Origin: Camelus dromedarius
Taxonomy: Eukaryota
Length of the DNA: 64,000 bases
NCBI RefSeq assembly: GCF_036321535.1
Contig: NC_087437.1
Location: 75,022,001 to 75,086,000 of the forward strand
Direction of reading: 5' to 3'
The position numbers and the translations under genes were made by a program. Of this stretch, positions 25,604 through 37,269 are shown piece after piece; position 1 is the stretch's first letter, and every line of letters starts with the position of its first letter. The notes beneath the pieces were generated by a model. The model worked only from the letters and a program-made list of their open reading frames with translations, searched no databases and was not told the origin of the DNA.

Positions 25604-28044
25604 ACCTACATATCCAAGCTTCACTGACACAGAAGTATCTTAATGACACAGCAATAGCTCTGGTAGTTTGATTGACAGCAGCTCTGGTGACACAGGATGA
25701 ACTCTAGTAGATCTTCCTTTAGGAGCACTTATCCATGCATCTTTGTTCTAGTGCTATGCTGCTGTATTTCTCAGATATTCTGTCTCCCTCTGCTTCCTGT
25801 TGTCTTTCTCATTCTAGACCCACTCCCAGTTATATGGTTTTTGTCAATAATCCCCGGCCTTTAAAAAAAAATAAAAGAATAACAAGATTGAATCTGGCCC
25901 AGTGAATTGTCATCATGCCTAGACTTGGAAAAATCCTTATAACAGTCCAGATTATAGACCAGCGGCCACGGAGTGCCCTTGGGCAGCCATAGGTCAAATG
26001 GTATAATATGTGACTACCTCGGCTGGACAAATTGCTTGGGGCAGTTCTCTCAAAAGCAGCGAGTGAGCAGCACAGAGGCCCAGAGAGGAACAGATTCTTC
26101 TCTCACATGCTGGGCCACACTGTAGATTTGCAAAAATTTTTATAGACTTAAAATAAAATCCTCAAATCCTTCCTTCGACTGTTACATTTGTGTACAAGCT
26201 ACACAGCCCACACCTTAGGAAAATGGAAACAAAATCACGACTCGGCATTTATCAAAGGGCTCTCTGACCTTTTTGATATTTTTGTCGGGTAGAGGACTTA
26301 GCTCCTTAAGGGCTTAAGAATCTATGCAATAAATAGCAAATAGTTTCAGTCAACTTTTATTTTTGACATGAAATTGAATTTCAACACAAAACAAACTGGA
26401 TGTCTTTCCTCTTGAGTGTGTGCATTGTCAGAAAAGTGACAAAACCCTCTGCTTTGCAGCATATCCTGGCGGGCCCACAAAGCTCTTGAGAGTTACTGGG
26501 GTGGGGGTGGGGGGAGCTGGCGACCAGATCTTTTGGCTCCACTACAGTGCTTTCCTGAGGTCTCTTGGAAGCATACACAAAGAAAGGCGACATGTCAGAA
26601 GCAAGTGCTGAGATGCATGACAAGTAAGGGACAGCCGTTTGGAGTCAGTGTGGATTTGGGATTTGGGGCAGGAATTCTCTTCTGGCTCTACTCAGGCAAA
26701 AACTGGCTCCAACACAAGGGGCATAATTAGGCTCATTGTAGAATCTCTCACTTTTTATGTAACATGATAAACACATTATATACAAACTGTTCTGTGACAA
26801 GCAGCTTTCAAAACACGACGAAATGATGAGAAAAATAATATTAAGCATATTTTCTTTCCTAGGAAATTTTGATCACATCCAACAGCTGTTTGTTATTATG
26901 TTGTTTGGTGGGCTTTTCCCCCTACATCTAGTGATGAAAGGAAAAAGCTATTATGAATTATAAATGATAAGATGACTAAAGCCTAAAGAACCAGTGGAAT
27001 CATTTAATATGAGTATATTTAATTTTGGAAAAATGGGACCAATTTCAAATTTTAGCAGGGCCTTTTGTTTTCACTTTTCAGAATTATTTCCTTTTCCTTA
27101 CTGAACTGATATTGATTATTAAACAAAGATATCTCTACTTTTCATTGAACATCAATTGACTCTGAAAGTAGAGTCAAAAGAGTTTACCTCCTGTTGGTGA
27201 CACATAAGCAGGTGCTATTAAGCAAAATGCATGTACAGGTAGCTTAGGTTTTCTGTTCTACCTTGTGGAACATTGCTTTATAATTGAGTAAGCTTGAATT
27301 CCCCTGATTAGAGTGCAACATTACCCAAACTGAAAGGAGATAGATTAAATAGTAGCATGTCTGAGCTAGATGAATTATCTGCTGATGAGATTAGAATGAC
27401 AAATGATTACCATGCTTTTTTCATCTTCATTTGCCCAATTATCTTTACTTGTTTAATTATCTTGTATAGAAAGTGAGGCCAATAAAATTTTTGAGGCAGA
27501 AATTTGTATCATTTTTTGTATAGCTTTATACTGATAAAACAGCAGAAAAATAAAATAATCAGGACACAACAGTGTCAGTATTTTAAAAGTCAGTTTTATC
27601 ATGTATTGCTTTGTTAATCTTTAGTGCACTTACTGTCTGAGCCATCTGAGGCAAGGTGAATCTGGGGCGTTCATTAAACAAAAGGCTTGAAAAGTTGTGC
27701 TCCATATTTTTGCCTTCCCCCCTTTTGGCTATAGGTGTAATTTATTTCTGCAAAAGAAACCCTGCTCGTTTGGGTTGATATTTCTCAGCAGATTAGACTC
27801 TGGGACAAGAAAAGTTGCATTGCTTTTATTGTATAAATCAAATTAATACTGGTTTCATTCCTTCACTTGTTAAGGTTCCATGAAAATCAGTCCTGAGTGT
27901 ATTTGTGAAGGCCATTCCGCCTCCCTGGAGGAAATCTTCTTGCCCAGAAAATGAGGTCCCTGTTACCGTCTTTGCTCCTGCTGCATGTCGCTATTGACCT
28001 GTTTCTCACAGGAGTCCTCTCCCAGTTCTACCTCAGAAAACTTT

Positions 28045-28274
28045 CTTTCTTTGGTTTCTTATTGAAATGTAGTTGATTTACAATGTTAGTTTCAGCTGTG
28101 GAGCAAAGCAATTCAGTTATACATATACATACATATGTATATATATATATAATTTTTCAGATTCTTTTCCAGTATATGTTATATAAGAAATTGAATAAAG
28201 TTCCCTGTGCCATACAGTAGGTCCCTGTTGTTTATCTCCTTTATATATAATAGTGTGTATCTGTTAATCCCAAA
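28045..28274 (-). mobile_element. 5'-truncated L1 3' end (artiodactyl/camelid type)
   Basis: attgaaatgtagttgatttacaatgttagtttcag...gttccctgtgccatacagtaggtccctgttg. TSD cagaaaacttt (28034-28044) / cagaaaccttt (28275-28285). Confidence 0.85.
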
Positions 28275-30138
28275 CAGAAACCTTTAACACTGCTCCCAGT
28301 GTGTCTATGTTTCAAAGCCTGCTTCTGTGGACATTTCACAGCCAACACCAAATGTGGGGCCCCAAGAGTAAGTGGGGCACATGTGTTTGCCCTTCAAAGA
28401 TACCCCCTAAACATCCACTGTTCTCCCTTGTGCTTAAAAAAAACACCACCTTTTCCTGTCTCTCCTTTCTCCCTCTCCCCCTCCCCACTTTTCTGGTGTG
28501 CCCTCACCTTCCAGCACCAGCTTCTTCCCTCAGTTTAATTCTCCTTCAAGAGTACTTTGGCTATTCTTGGTCCTCTACATTTCTATATAAATTTTAGAAT
28601 CAGCCTTTAACTTTCATGAACAAGCCTGTTGGGATTTGAATGGAATTGTATTGAAACTATATGTACATTTGGGAAGAAATGACATCTTTATAGCATTGAC
28701 TCTTGTGATCCACACCTAATATTTCTCTCCATTTATGTAAATCAACTTTAATATTTTTCATTTCAATTTGCATATCTCTACTAGATTTACATAAAGGCAT
28801 TATTTACTTATTTATAAGCAGTAACTATCTTCGATTACATTCTCTGTTACTGGTATGTAAAAATGCAATTGCCTTTTATTGATTTTTTAAATGTCTGGCA
28901 TTCTTACAAACTAATTCTAATATTTCTGTAATTTCTTAGGCATTTTTTAAAGTTTATAATAATTTGTTATTATAATTTTATTTCTTCATTTACTTTTGAT
29001 TCTTATGCCAAGAAGAATCTCACAGAATCATGTTGAATAGGAACAATAATAATAGGCATCTTTCTCTGGCTCCTGATTTTCTAGACTGAACTTCCTGAGA
29101 GTTTTCGTTTGTTTCTTTTTCAGTGAATAAATGTTGAGTTTTCTTCATATATTGAGATCTTTGATGTGGTTAAGTGCCGACTATCTCTTGCCAAGATATT
29201 TTTAATAAATTGCAGATTTTTTTTATTTAAAATTTTTAAAATCTATACTCTTAAGTGAAATGGATTTATACCATTGTTGTCATCTGTTTTTGTTACCAAG
29301 ATTATCATAATCTCATAAAATAAATTAAGGGCTTTTTTCTGTTCCTGGATGAGAAGTCACACTCCCAATCCTCTCCAAGTTCACACCATTTCTTGATTTT
29401 TCTGTGTGTGGGTGTATTAATTTTTCTTTATACAAATACAAGTAAATGCAAATATATGTATATTCTTATTCCTCCACCTTTGACTTTCTTACACAGAAGG
29501 TAGCATACATTATATAATTACAGACTATGCTTTCAAAACACTTAACCTATATCCTGAAAGCTTTTCACATCAATGCACAGAGCATGCCTCCATCCTTCTT
29601 TATAGCTGCATGGTATTCCATGTAGTAGCTATACCAAAGTTCATTTAACAAGACTCTTGTTGCTTTCAGACTCTTGCTATTGCAAATGATGCTGCAATAA
29701 ATGCTGCATAGACATATCATTTCAAATACATCCTAATGTAGTTAAAGAATGAATTTTTCAAAATGGGAGTGCTGTGTCATAGAGCAAATGAATTTGTAAT
29801 TTTTACAAATATTGCCAGATTGCCCTCTGCCATGTATTGGATTGCACCCTTTACCAGCAGAGTAGGAGAGTACTTGTGTTCAGTAGGAAGATTGTAAATT
29901 ATTGAATCAACTTCTTTAACACTTATAGAACATTTTGCTTTTTCTGTTTTTTCTTTAGTTCTGGTAATTTGTGTTTTTCTAGGAGTTTAAGCATTTTGTC
30001 TAAATGTCTTTGCATATAGTTATTAATAATATTCTAATTATCTTTCTTTATCTTTCTGTAATTGTGGACATGAGCCCTTTTTCATTCCTAATATTGTGTA
30101 CTAGTGGCTTCTCTCTGTTCTTAATACTTCCAACTAGG

Positions 30139-30368
30139 CAGGGTGTCAATTTTGACATTTTGGGTCAGATGAATCTTGTTATTGTGGACTGTCCTGTGCA
30201 CGGCAGGATTTTTAGCATCATCTCTGGACTCTCTGCACTACATGCCAGTAGCACTCCCCACCCCAGGTTGTATGTCCAGTCACAGCTTGTCTTCAGATAT
30301 TGACAAACGTCCCCTGGGAAAGGCTGAGGGAGGAGGAGAGCAGAACTGCTCTCAGTTGCAGACCACCA
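30139..30368 (-). mobile_element. MER20 hAT-Charlie element nested in L1
   Basis: ttgacattttgggtcagatgaatcttg...ctgtcctgtgca...tttagcatcatctctgg...atgccagtagcactcccc...cagatattgacaaacgtcccctggg...gttgcagaccac matches the reverse MER20 consensus as recalled. Confidence 0.85.
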
Positions 30369-31214
30369 TTCTAGAAGTTTCAAAGTATTATGCCTTATTG
30401 AAGAATAAATTCAGCTTTGTTGATTCTATCTTTTCTTTTCCTGGTTAATTCATTGCTGTTCTTACATTTTATTTCTGTTTAGTCTTATTGATGTTTATTT
30501 CCAGCTTTTTACAGTTGATATTTAATGCTTCAGTTTCAGCCTATTTTTTTTTCTGACATAAGTAGTTAAGACTATACATTTCCTTATAAGTAACAATACA
30601 CAAGTAGGTGGAATTATAGTTCAGTTTTAACTTTAGTTATTCTTTTATCCATGGACTTTTTAAAAATATGTTTTTATAATGTCCAAATTTACAAATTTTT
30701 TATTTTAAAAATCCATTTTTAACTTAATTATCAAAGAATGTATTTGTGTAATGCTGATTCTTTGACATATACTGAGACAGCTTATGGCTTAGAATGTGGT
30801 CAATAATGTTCATAAACCTCTGTGTTCTTGAAAAGAATGTCCACTTGCTGAATTTAGTTTTCTTTTCTTCCTTTTTTTGAATTATAATTTTCTATCCAAG
30901 TCCATTGTCTCAGTTCTTCTCAACTATTTTCATACCATGCCTTACTGGGGTAAATGGATGAGGTTACTTGACGTCAGATGAGACTGATCTGTGAGGCTCA
31001 AGACACCCAGCCCACCGTCAGGGCTCCCTAGGGCAGAGGGAATTAAGATCTGGGCCGACTTGTAACCCTTTCACGGTAGAACAGTTTCCCAGAGCACAGC
31101 AGCTTATAAGTCTTGCATTGGGTCAATATTAAATATATTTTCCACATCTTCCAAATCCTTATTGATTTCTCTGTGTATTATTCCATAAATTACAGAGAAA
31201 GTTGTATTTAACTC

Positions 31215-31642
31215 AATGGGGCCCAGGGCAGGCCGTGACAAAATGTGGCATATTGATTATTTTAAAGTTATTTAAGAAACAGCCAGTGCCAGGAGGACAC
31301 TCTGACCCTCCTTTTCCCCCCTGAAAGCAGGAAATACATCTGCCATGTGAGGGGTAGCCTCCCTGCACCAGGAGGCAGAGACTTAGGGCAAGAAGGCCGT
31401 GAGAACAAACTGCTTAGGTTCTTCACTAATTAGCACCTGGACCTGAATTTCACCATCTTCTCGGTTCTTCACAAATTTACTGTTTCTTCTTCTAAAAGGA
31501 TAAAAGCTGCCTGCTTTGGTCACTTCTCTGGATCTCAGGTCTCTGGGGACCCTGTACGTACAAAATTAAATTGGCTTTTCTTCCGTTAATCTATCTTAGT
31601 TTAATTATTACACCAGCCAGAAGAATCTAGAAGGGCAGAGGG
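31215..31642 (+). mobile_element. ERV1-like solo LTR nested in L1
   Basis: tggcatattgattattt...ctctgaccctcc...cctgaaagcaggaaata. TATA-like ggataaaagctgcctgctttggtcacttct, then aaattaaattggcttttcttccgttaatcta, a layout typical of ERV1 LTRs. Confidence 0.7.
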
Positions 31643-33596
31643 GAAAAATTCCTCCCCAGCGAAGTCTCTTATTTTGATACTTTCTCTTTGCAGTTCTGTC
31701 AATGTTGGCTTCATATGTGGAATTAGGCACATGCTGATTAGAATCATTATATATTCTTAGTAAATGTTAACTTTATTGATTGCAGTGATCCTCTTTATTA
31801 CTGCTCTCTGTGTTCATGTCTATTTTGCCTGACATTATGTCTGCTTTCTTTTATGTTATCTGCTTACTATATATATATTTCACCTTTTTATCTTCTTATA
31901 TATCCTTCTTTTATATATATCTTCTTTTATGTCTTTATGTTTTAGATTACTTGTAGGCAGCATATGGGTAGATGATTCCTCCATTTGCACAATATTTGTG
32001 ATCTACTATTCCTGATAAGTTGGTAAACTCAATCTCCTTGTTAAAACAAGAAAAGTTGCAGTCTTTGACATCAAGTTTTTTGATCATGACTGTTAGGAAT
32101 TTGGAAAATGCTAGTGATTATTTCCTGACACGACTTACTAATACAGCAAGTATTTATATTGCCTAACAACACTGAGATGACAGTTATAATAATCATACCA
32201 GGTCAGGTAAGGTAACTAATCAGAACTGCAGGTTTCTTTGGGTTATTATTACAGGGCATGGCAACAATCTCTAAAGTCTTCAAAGTCTTACAAGAATCTT
32301 TTCTTCAAATGCTGCTTCCAAGGACAAATCTATATTACTAGACAGAACAGTATGCATTGGTAACGGTTATGAATAGTCACACAAATCCCCTCATTGCACG
32401 GGAGACAAGATTTATATTCTTGTGAACGTTCTCAATTCAAAACCTTATCAAATCAGACCGTTTGAGCTTGTTTTATGATGCAGAAAGCTCTCTATTTCTG
32501 TAACTTCATTTCTTTCAGACTCTTCTTGTTAATTGTGAAGACTTGTGCTTAAGGCCAGGCTCTGTCAACTGCATTACTTAGCGTAAAAAGTAAAAAGCAG
32601 GCCCGCAACCTCATTTTTATTTGCAGAAATGGAATAAGAGATGAATAGGATTTGACTTATTAACAGTGAAAGAAGGTGCATCTAGCATTAATCTTCCACT
32701 TTATGATTTTGCAAATGAGGACGGTGCTAGTCCTCACTGAATGCACAGAATGCAAGAATGGAAAAATCGACAAAAAGATGGCAACAGACCCAGGCAGGTA
32801 TTCCGTTTTTAATGTAATCAAAATTTTAAAAACTTTTAGGGCAGGGGACTCTGCAGCACTCCTGACTAGAGGAACAGGAAACTTGCTCACCTGAGCGCCC
32901 TACAAGAGGCTGCAGACCTCCTGGCTAGAATGTGACCATCTCCCGTCTCCACTGCTTCCCTCTGAACTGGAGCAGAGCTGAACTCCGCAGGCCACTTGCT
33001 TTCCACCTTTGCTGGAACCTTGTCTTCTGGGGCCAGCTGGGCTGAATGAATTAGGTCAGACTGATATCAACTTGGTAATTAAGAATACAGCAAGTGTTAC
33101 TGTCCCTAATGACAGTAAGATTTAGAGTGGATGAGGTGTAAATAATCGAGAGATAATGGTTGGTCTTTTAAAGCAGGTTGTTTGCTATTTATTTAAAATA
33201 TCTGTAAATGTCTTACCAAATATTTTCTTTTCAGTGATCTCCTTAAGGCATAATTTTACTCTTTTGATTGTATGTCCTCTGAATTTGTAAATACATTAAC
33301 CAATAACTGTATGCAAATGTAGTTTTCATAATCACATATGAAACATTCTAAACTTTAATGGAGAGAAAATAAGGAATTTGTGAGGAATTTCAATGTGTAT
33401 TCATCTTCCTGAAAACAGGCCTTTCTTTAATCTTGAAGACTATTCTGAGTGTTGTGGAACAGATTCAGTCTGGGGATATATACCAAGGGATCTCATTCTG
33501 CCAACTGCACCTCACCCCAAATGACACTGTTTTAGCACTCCTTGTTTCCTCTTGGAGAAAAGTTGCCTAAAAAATGAAACTAAGATATTTGTGGAT

Positions 33597-33915
33597 GTGT
33601 TAGTTTAGATTAGGTCCACCCGGAAGTAGCAGAAAACTCCAAATAATGGCTTAAATAAAACAAATTTCTCTCTCATATTAAAGAAGCTAGATAGAGTTGG
33701 TCTAAGGTTGGAGTGATGTGTCTTGTATCAGAGACTTAGGTTCTTTCTAATGTTTCTCTGCCATCTTCAGCCCATGGCTTCCATCCTGTGATGGAATATG
33801 GCTGCTCAAATTGAGCCTTCACATCTTTATTCCAGCTAGAGGGAAAGACTACTGAAGGAGGCCACACAGGCTTCAGGGGGAACGTTGTTCCAGCAGCCAT
33901 GCATCCAGTGTCAGT
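33597..33915 (-). mobile_element. MLT1 (ERVL-MaLR) LTR fragment
   Basis: tgttagtttagattagg...cagaaaactccaaataatggcttaaataa...tggctgctc...catctttattccag. Confidence 0.65.
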
Positions 33916-33917
33916 TA

Positions 33918-34384
33918 TGCTGAACAAAATTAAACAGGCAAGATTTTATTCAAGAATGTTGCAATAGGAGGGGGAGACTGAACTCTATTCCATGAAACAA
34001 AGGACTGGAGGGTTTTTAGGAGCTGGGGTGGGGTCAACCTAGGCCACCTGTGTTTGCTAAATTTTATAACTTGGAGCGAGGTACCCACTAAATTTAGGCT
34101 TCTACCGTCCCAAGGCAACTGAGAAATAGGGGCACTGTCTTCCTTGACGTTTATATTTCAAAGAGATGGTTCCCAGGTCCTTGAGAAAGACATCCCCTGG
34201 GTCATCACACTGCAAAGAGGCTCCTAAGGAAACTTTTATATCTTTCGAAGGCTACAGAGAAATAATTTACAATTACAAGTATTTTAAACTCTAGGAAAAG
34301 GTAGGTCAGGTTGGAGACTATAGTCAGGAAGAAATCCGTCTAAAGTTTGTCAAGCTGAGGAAATATTAAGGCCCACTTGGTCAC
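33918..34384 (-). mobile_element. ERV1-like solo LTR (MER34/MER39-like) nested in an MLT1 LTR
   Basis: ttttattcaaga...ttgcaatagg...gactgaactc; tttcaaagagatggttcccaggtccttgagaaagacat. Flanked by cagtta on both sides. Confidence 0.68.
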
Positions 34385-34689
34385 CAGTTAAAAATCGAGA
34401 TTCTGTACCAGAAAAGAATGAATGGGAGAATGAAAATTGGAGGACTACTGGCAATTTGCTCCCACTGGCTCAGTAACTTTTTCTGTCTCGGTTCTTTAAA
34501 GAAAGACTACAAAAACACAAACATGCTCAATTAAAAAAGGGTTACAAGTCTATTGGTAGAATTTCAGGTACTACTATTACTTGTGTGGTAAAGATTTTAT
34601 GAATGTTTGGGACCCTTCCAGTGTTCCAAAAATTCATTTCATGATGTTTGATTTGTAAAGCAGACTTGTTAACCAACTTCTACTTTTCG

Positions 34690-35430
34690 CGAGCCATCCT
34701 CCCTTCCTGCTGTAAAAGTACTGACCTCTGACCACAGCATGAAAAACGCTCAGGCCAGTAGATAACACTCTTAAAACCTGCTGAACTTCTTCCACCACCA
34801 GGGTTGTACACTGTCCAAGAGTCAGTGATGTGTGTCTGTATACTTGTCAGCTCTACTTGTTATTGTAATTACATAAGATAATTAATTATTGTGTGTTCTA
34901 ATGAAATACGGGTGTGGATAGGACTTTTTGTATGATAATTAAGCCCACTGCTTTGCCAAGAAAAAGATAAATGTGACTTGCTGAAAAATCGCTGCAAGTT
35001 TAGATGGGGGGGGGGGTAAAATTCCTAAAAAACTATTGGGGAAAAAAGATCTAGAGGGATTCCGCATTTAGATTTCATCACAAATATTTTTAAGTTCTTA
35101 TTTCACTTTAAAGAAATTAAAACTGGGGCTATAGACAGTGTTTTATGGGCAGTCAGATTTATACAAGAAAGATAGCATGGCACCAGAAATTAATACAACA
35201 TTGTAAATCAACTATACTTCAATAAAAAAAATTATTATTAAAAAAAAGATGGCATGGAACTCCCATAATAGACTTTCTCAAGAAATGACCTTGGTCCTAC
35301 ATCAAAAGTTTAATTTAAAATGTTTATACATTTTAAGTTAAAATGTTTGTTACTTTTTTTATTATTCAATACATGGACCAATTTAAAAAATTAATCTACC
35401 ACCTATTGTCTCAATCAATTTAGGTGAAAA
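34690..35430 (+). mobile_element. Degraded TcMar-Tigger DNA transposon fragment (CENP-B-like HTH remnant)
   Basis: ctgaaaaatcgctgcaagtttagatgggg...aaaaactattggg...actttaaagaaattaaaactgg...gatttatacaagaaaga...ggaactccc resembles the N-terminal part of Tigger transposase. Subfamily not certain. Confidence 0.55.
35181..35245 (+). mobile_element. Very short L1 3' tail inserted in a Tigger relic
   Basis: caccagaaattaatacaacattgtaaatcaactatacttcaataaaaaaa. TSD aagaaagatagcatgg / aaaaaagatggcatgg. Confidence 0.8.
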
Positions 35431-36224
35431 CAAACCAAACCAAATGTCTACTAACTCTCAAGTTTATGATGGATACTGCCTTGTTAAAAAAGTTGTTCTT
35501 TCTTAACACGTGTTCATGTGTTCAACACATCAGAGGTGGCCAAGGACAGTACTGATTGAAACTCTTATTCCAGTCTCTTTCCATCTGGTTTAAATAAAAT
35601 TTTCTCTGATTCTAAATGAGATAATTTTTATCTCCCAAGGACAAAAATTGGGCACAAAACTTTGGCTGTAACACTGGAATTTTTTTTTGCATGTTTGTTT
35701 TGGGTTTTGTCTTTTTTAAGTGTGAACAGGACTTTAGTATCCCAAGTGATGACTTTTACTTCTTTCCCCTAATATTGTGATAAAAGACTGATAAAGAAAG
35801 GCTAAGGCATTTAAAAGCAAGTGGCATTAATAAAATACTTCCCTGTGCAGCCCTTTAATACGAACATGTTGTGGTAGATGTCTTAGTATTTATTGAAAGC
35901 CACAGACTGTCATTTAAGTGGACTTCTACTTGCATTCATCCTAAACTTAGAGGGGCTTTTAGTATGTGAAGGCTATCATAAATTTCATTCTTTTTCAACG
36001 TTTTTAAGAAATACCTTTTTTTCCAATTTGTTTTAGTTCACCTCTTTTGATTTTAAATAACAGAAACCCAGTCACAGTCTTTTGATTATAAATAATAGAA
36101 ACCCAGTCTATTTAAAGTAGAGAGAGATTATTATGACTAAATAGGGTGTAAGGACAATCCGAAAATAGGGCCCAAGGTGCTTTGAACCAACTGAAGGGAC
36201 CCGCTTCTCTACAGATCCAGCTCT

Positions 36225-36440
36225 GGACTTAGACGGCTTGTTCAGATCCTGCATCTGCATTTTATCTGTGCAGTATTAAGCGAATTAATCTTTACCAGCC
36301 TTGACATTCTCATCTGTAAAATTATGATTATAATAGCATCTATCTTTTAGGGTTTCGTGTGACTAAATTACGTATGCAGGTAGGTACTTAGCCCAGTGTC
36401 TTGCGCTTAGTAAGTTCTTAATAAATAATAGTTGTTATGA
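36225..36440 (+). mobile_element. MIR SINE
   Basis: gttcagatcctgcatctgca...ctcatctgtaaaattatgattataatagcatctatctt...gtacttagcccagtgtcttg...taagttcttaataaat. Confidence 0.75.
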
Positions 36441-37269
36441 TGATTATCCGATTAGTCTGATTACACAGTCTTGAACTCCATTCTCTACCGTCTTCTTGTA
36501 CATACTCTTAGTTTCTGCCCCTTGCAGCTGTGCCTTGTTTCCAAGGGCCCCAGTTTTATCTTATGACAGCCTTTTGGGTCTGCCCCACTCATAACTGTCC
36601 CATCTACAGACCGGTTTACAGCACGCTCTGGCTGTCTTGGTTCAGTTCCCCACCTCTGTTCCAGCCAGCTATGACTTCTCAGGTGGTAGAAGCTGCGAGT
36701 AGGTAGGGTGGCTTTACCAGCACATCTCTGTCAAAGGAAATGTTGTATTCTTTTTTGATTTCTTCTCTAAATTTTGATGTTTCCTGCTTTTAATGTCTTA
36801 ATATAAATTGTCTATTCTCTTTGTCAACTGAAAGCAAAACCCCAGAGAGAGATTTAATCATATTTCAAAACTAATCCTCCTGCCTTTACTCTGCCAGAAA
36901 CAAGTTCTTTAACACCAAAGGAAAATGAGTCATTGCTCCTATTCTTGAGATTTTAGTTGAACTTTTTGGGACCTTAAGACATTTTCAGTTAAAATCTTAA
37001 GATTTAGACTTCATCTGTTTTCTAGTCAAAATTGTTCTCTATATTTCCCTTTGTGCATTTTTTTTTCAGTTGAAATGTGAAAGTTTATAATGATACTTCC
37101 CTGAGAACTGTCACAGGTGAACCATATGTATTCTTTTAATAATTGCATGATAATCAGTAATTCATAGCTTATTAATTAATATTAAAGAGCCCTGACTAGG
37201 TTATAGAATTACACTGAATTATACTAAAAATATAATTTTAAAATTATACCAAAGTGGTATGAGATGCTT

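Larger units (their letters stand above)
28535..32000 (-). mobile_element. Fragmented old L1 (L1ME-like) with nested insertions
   Basis: Typical antisense L1 ORF2 text (ttggctattcttggtcct...aaattttagaatcagc...gttgggattt; atgttgaatagga...gcatctttctctggctcctgatttt), interrupted by MER20, an LTR and another L1 3' piece. Confidence 0.75.

Noticed and set aside
32030..32560. Possible hAT transposase remnant on the minus strand
   Set aside because: Similarity too weak to support by eye; needs a Dfam search.
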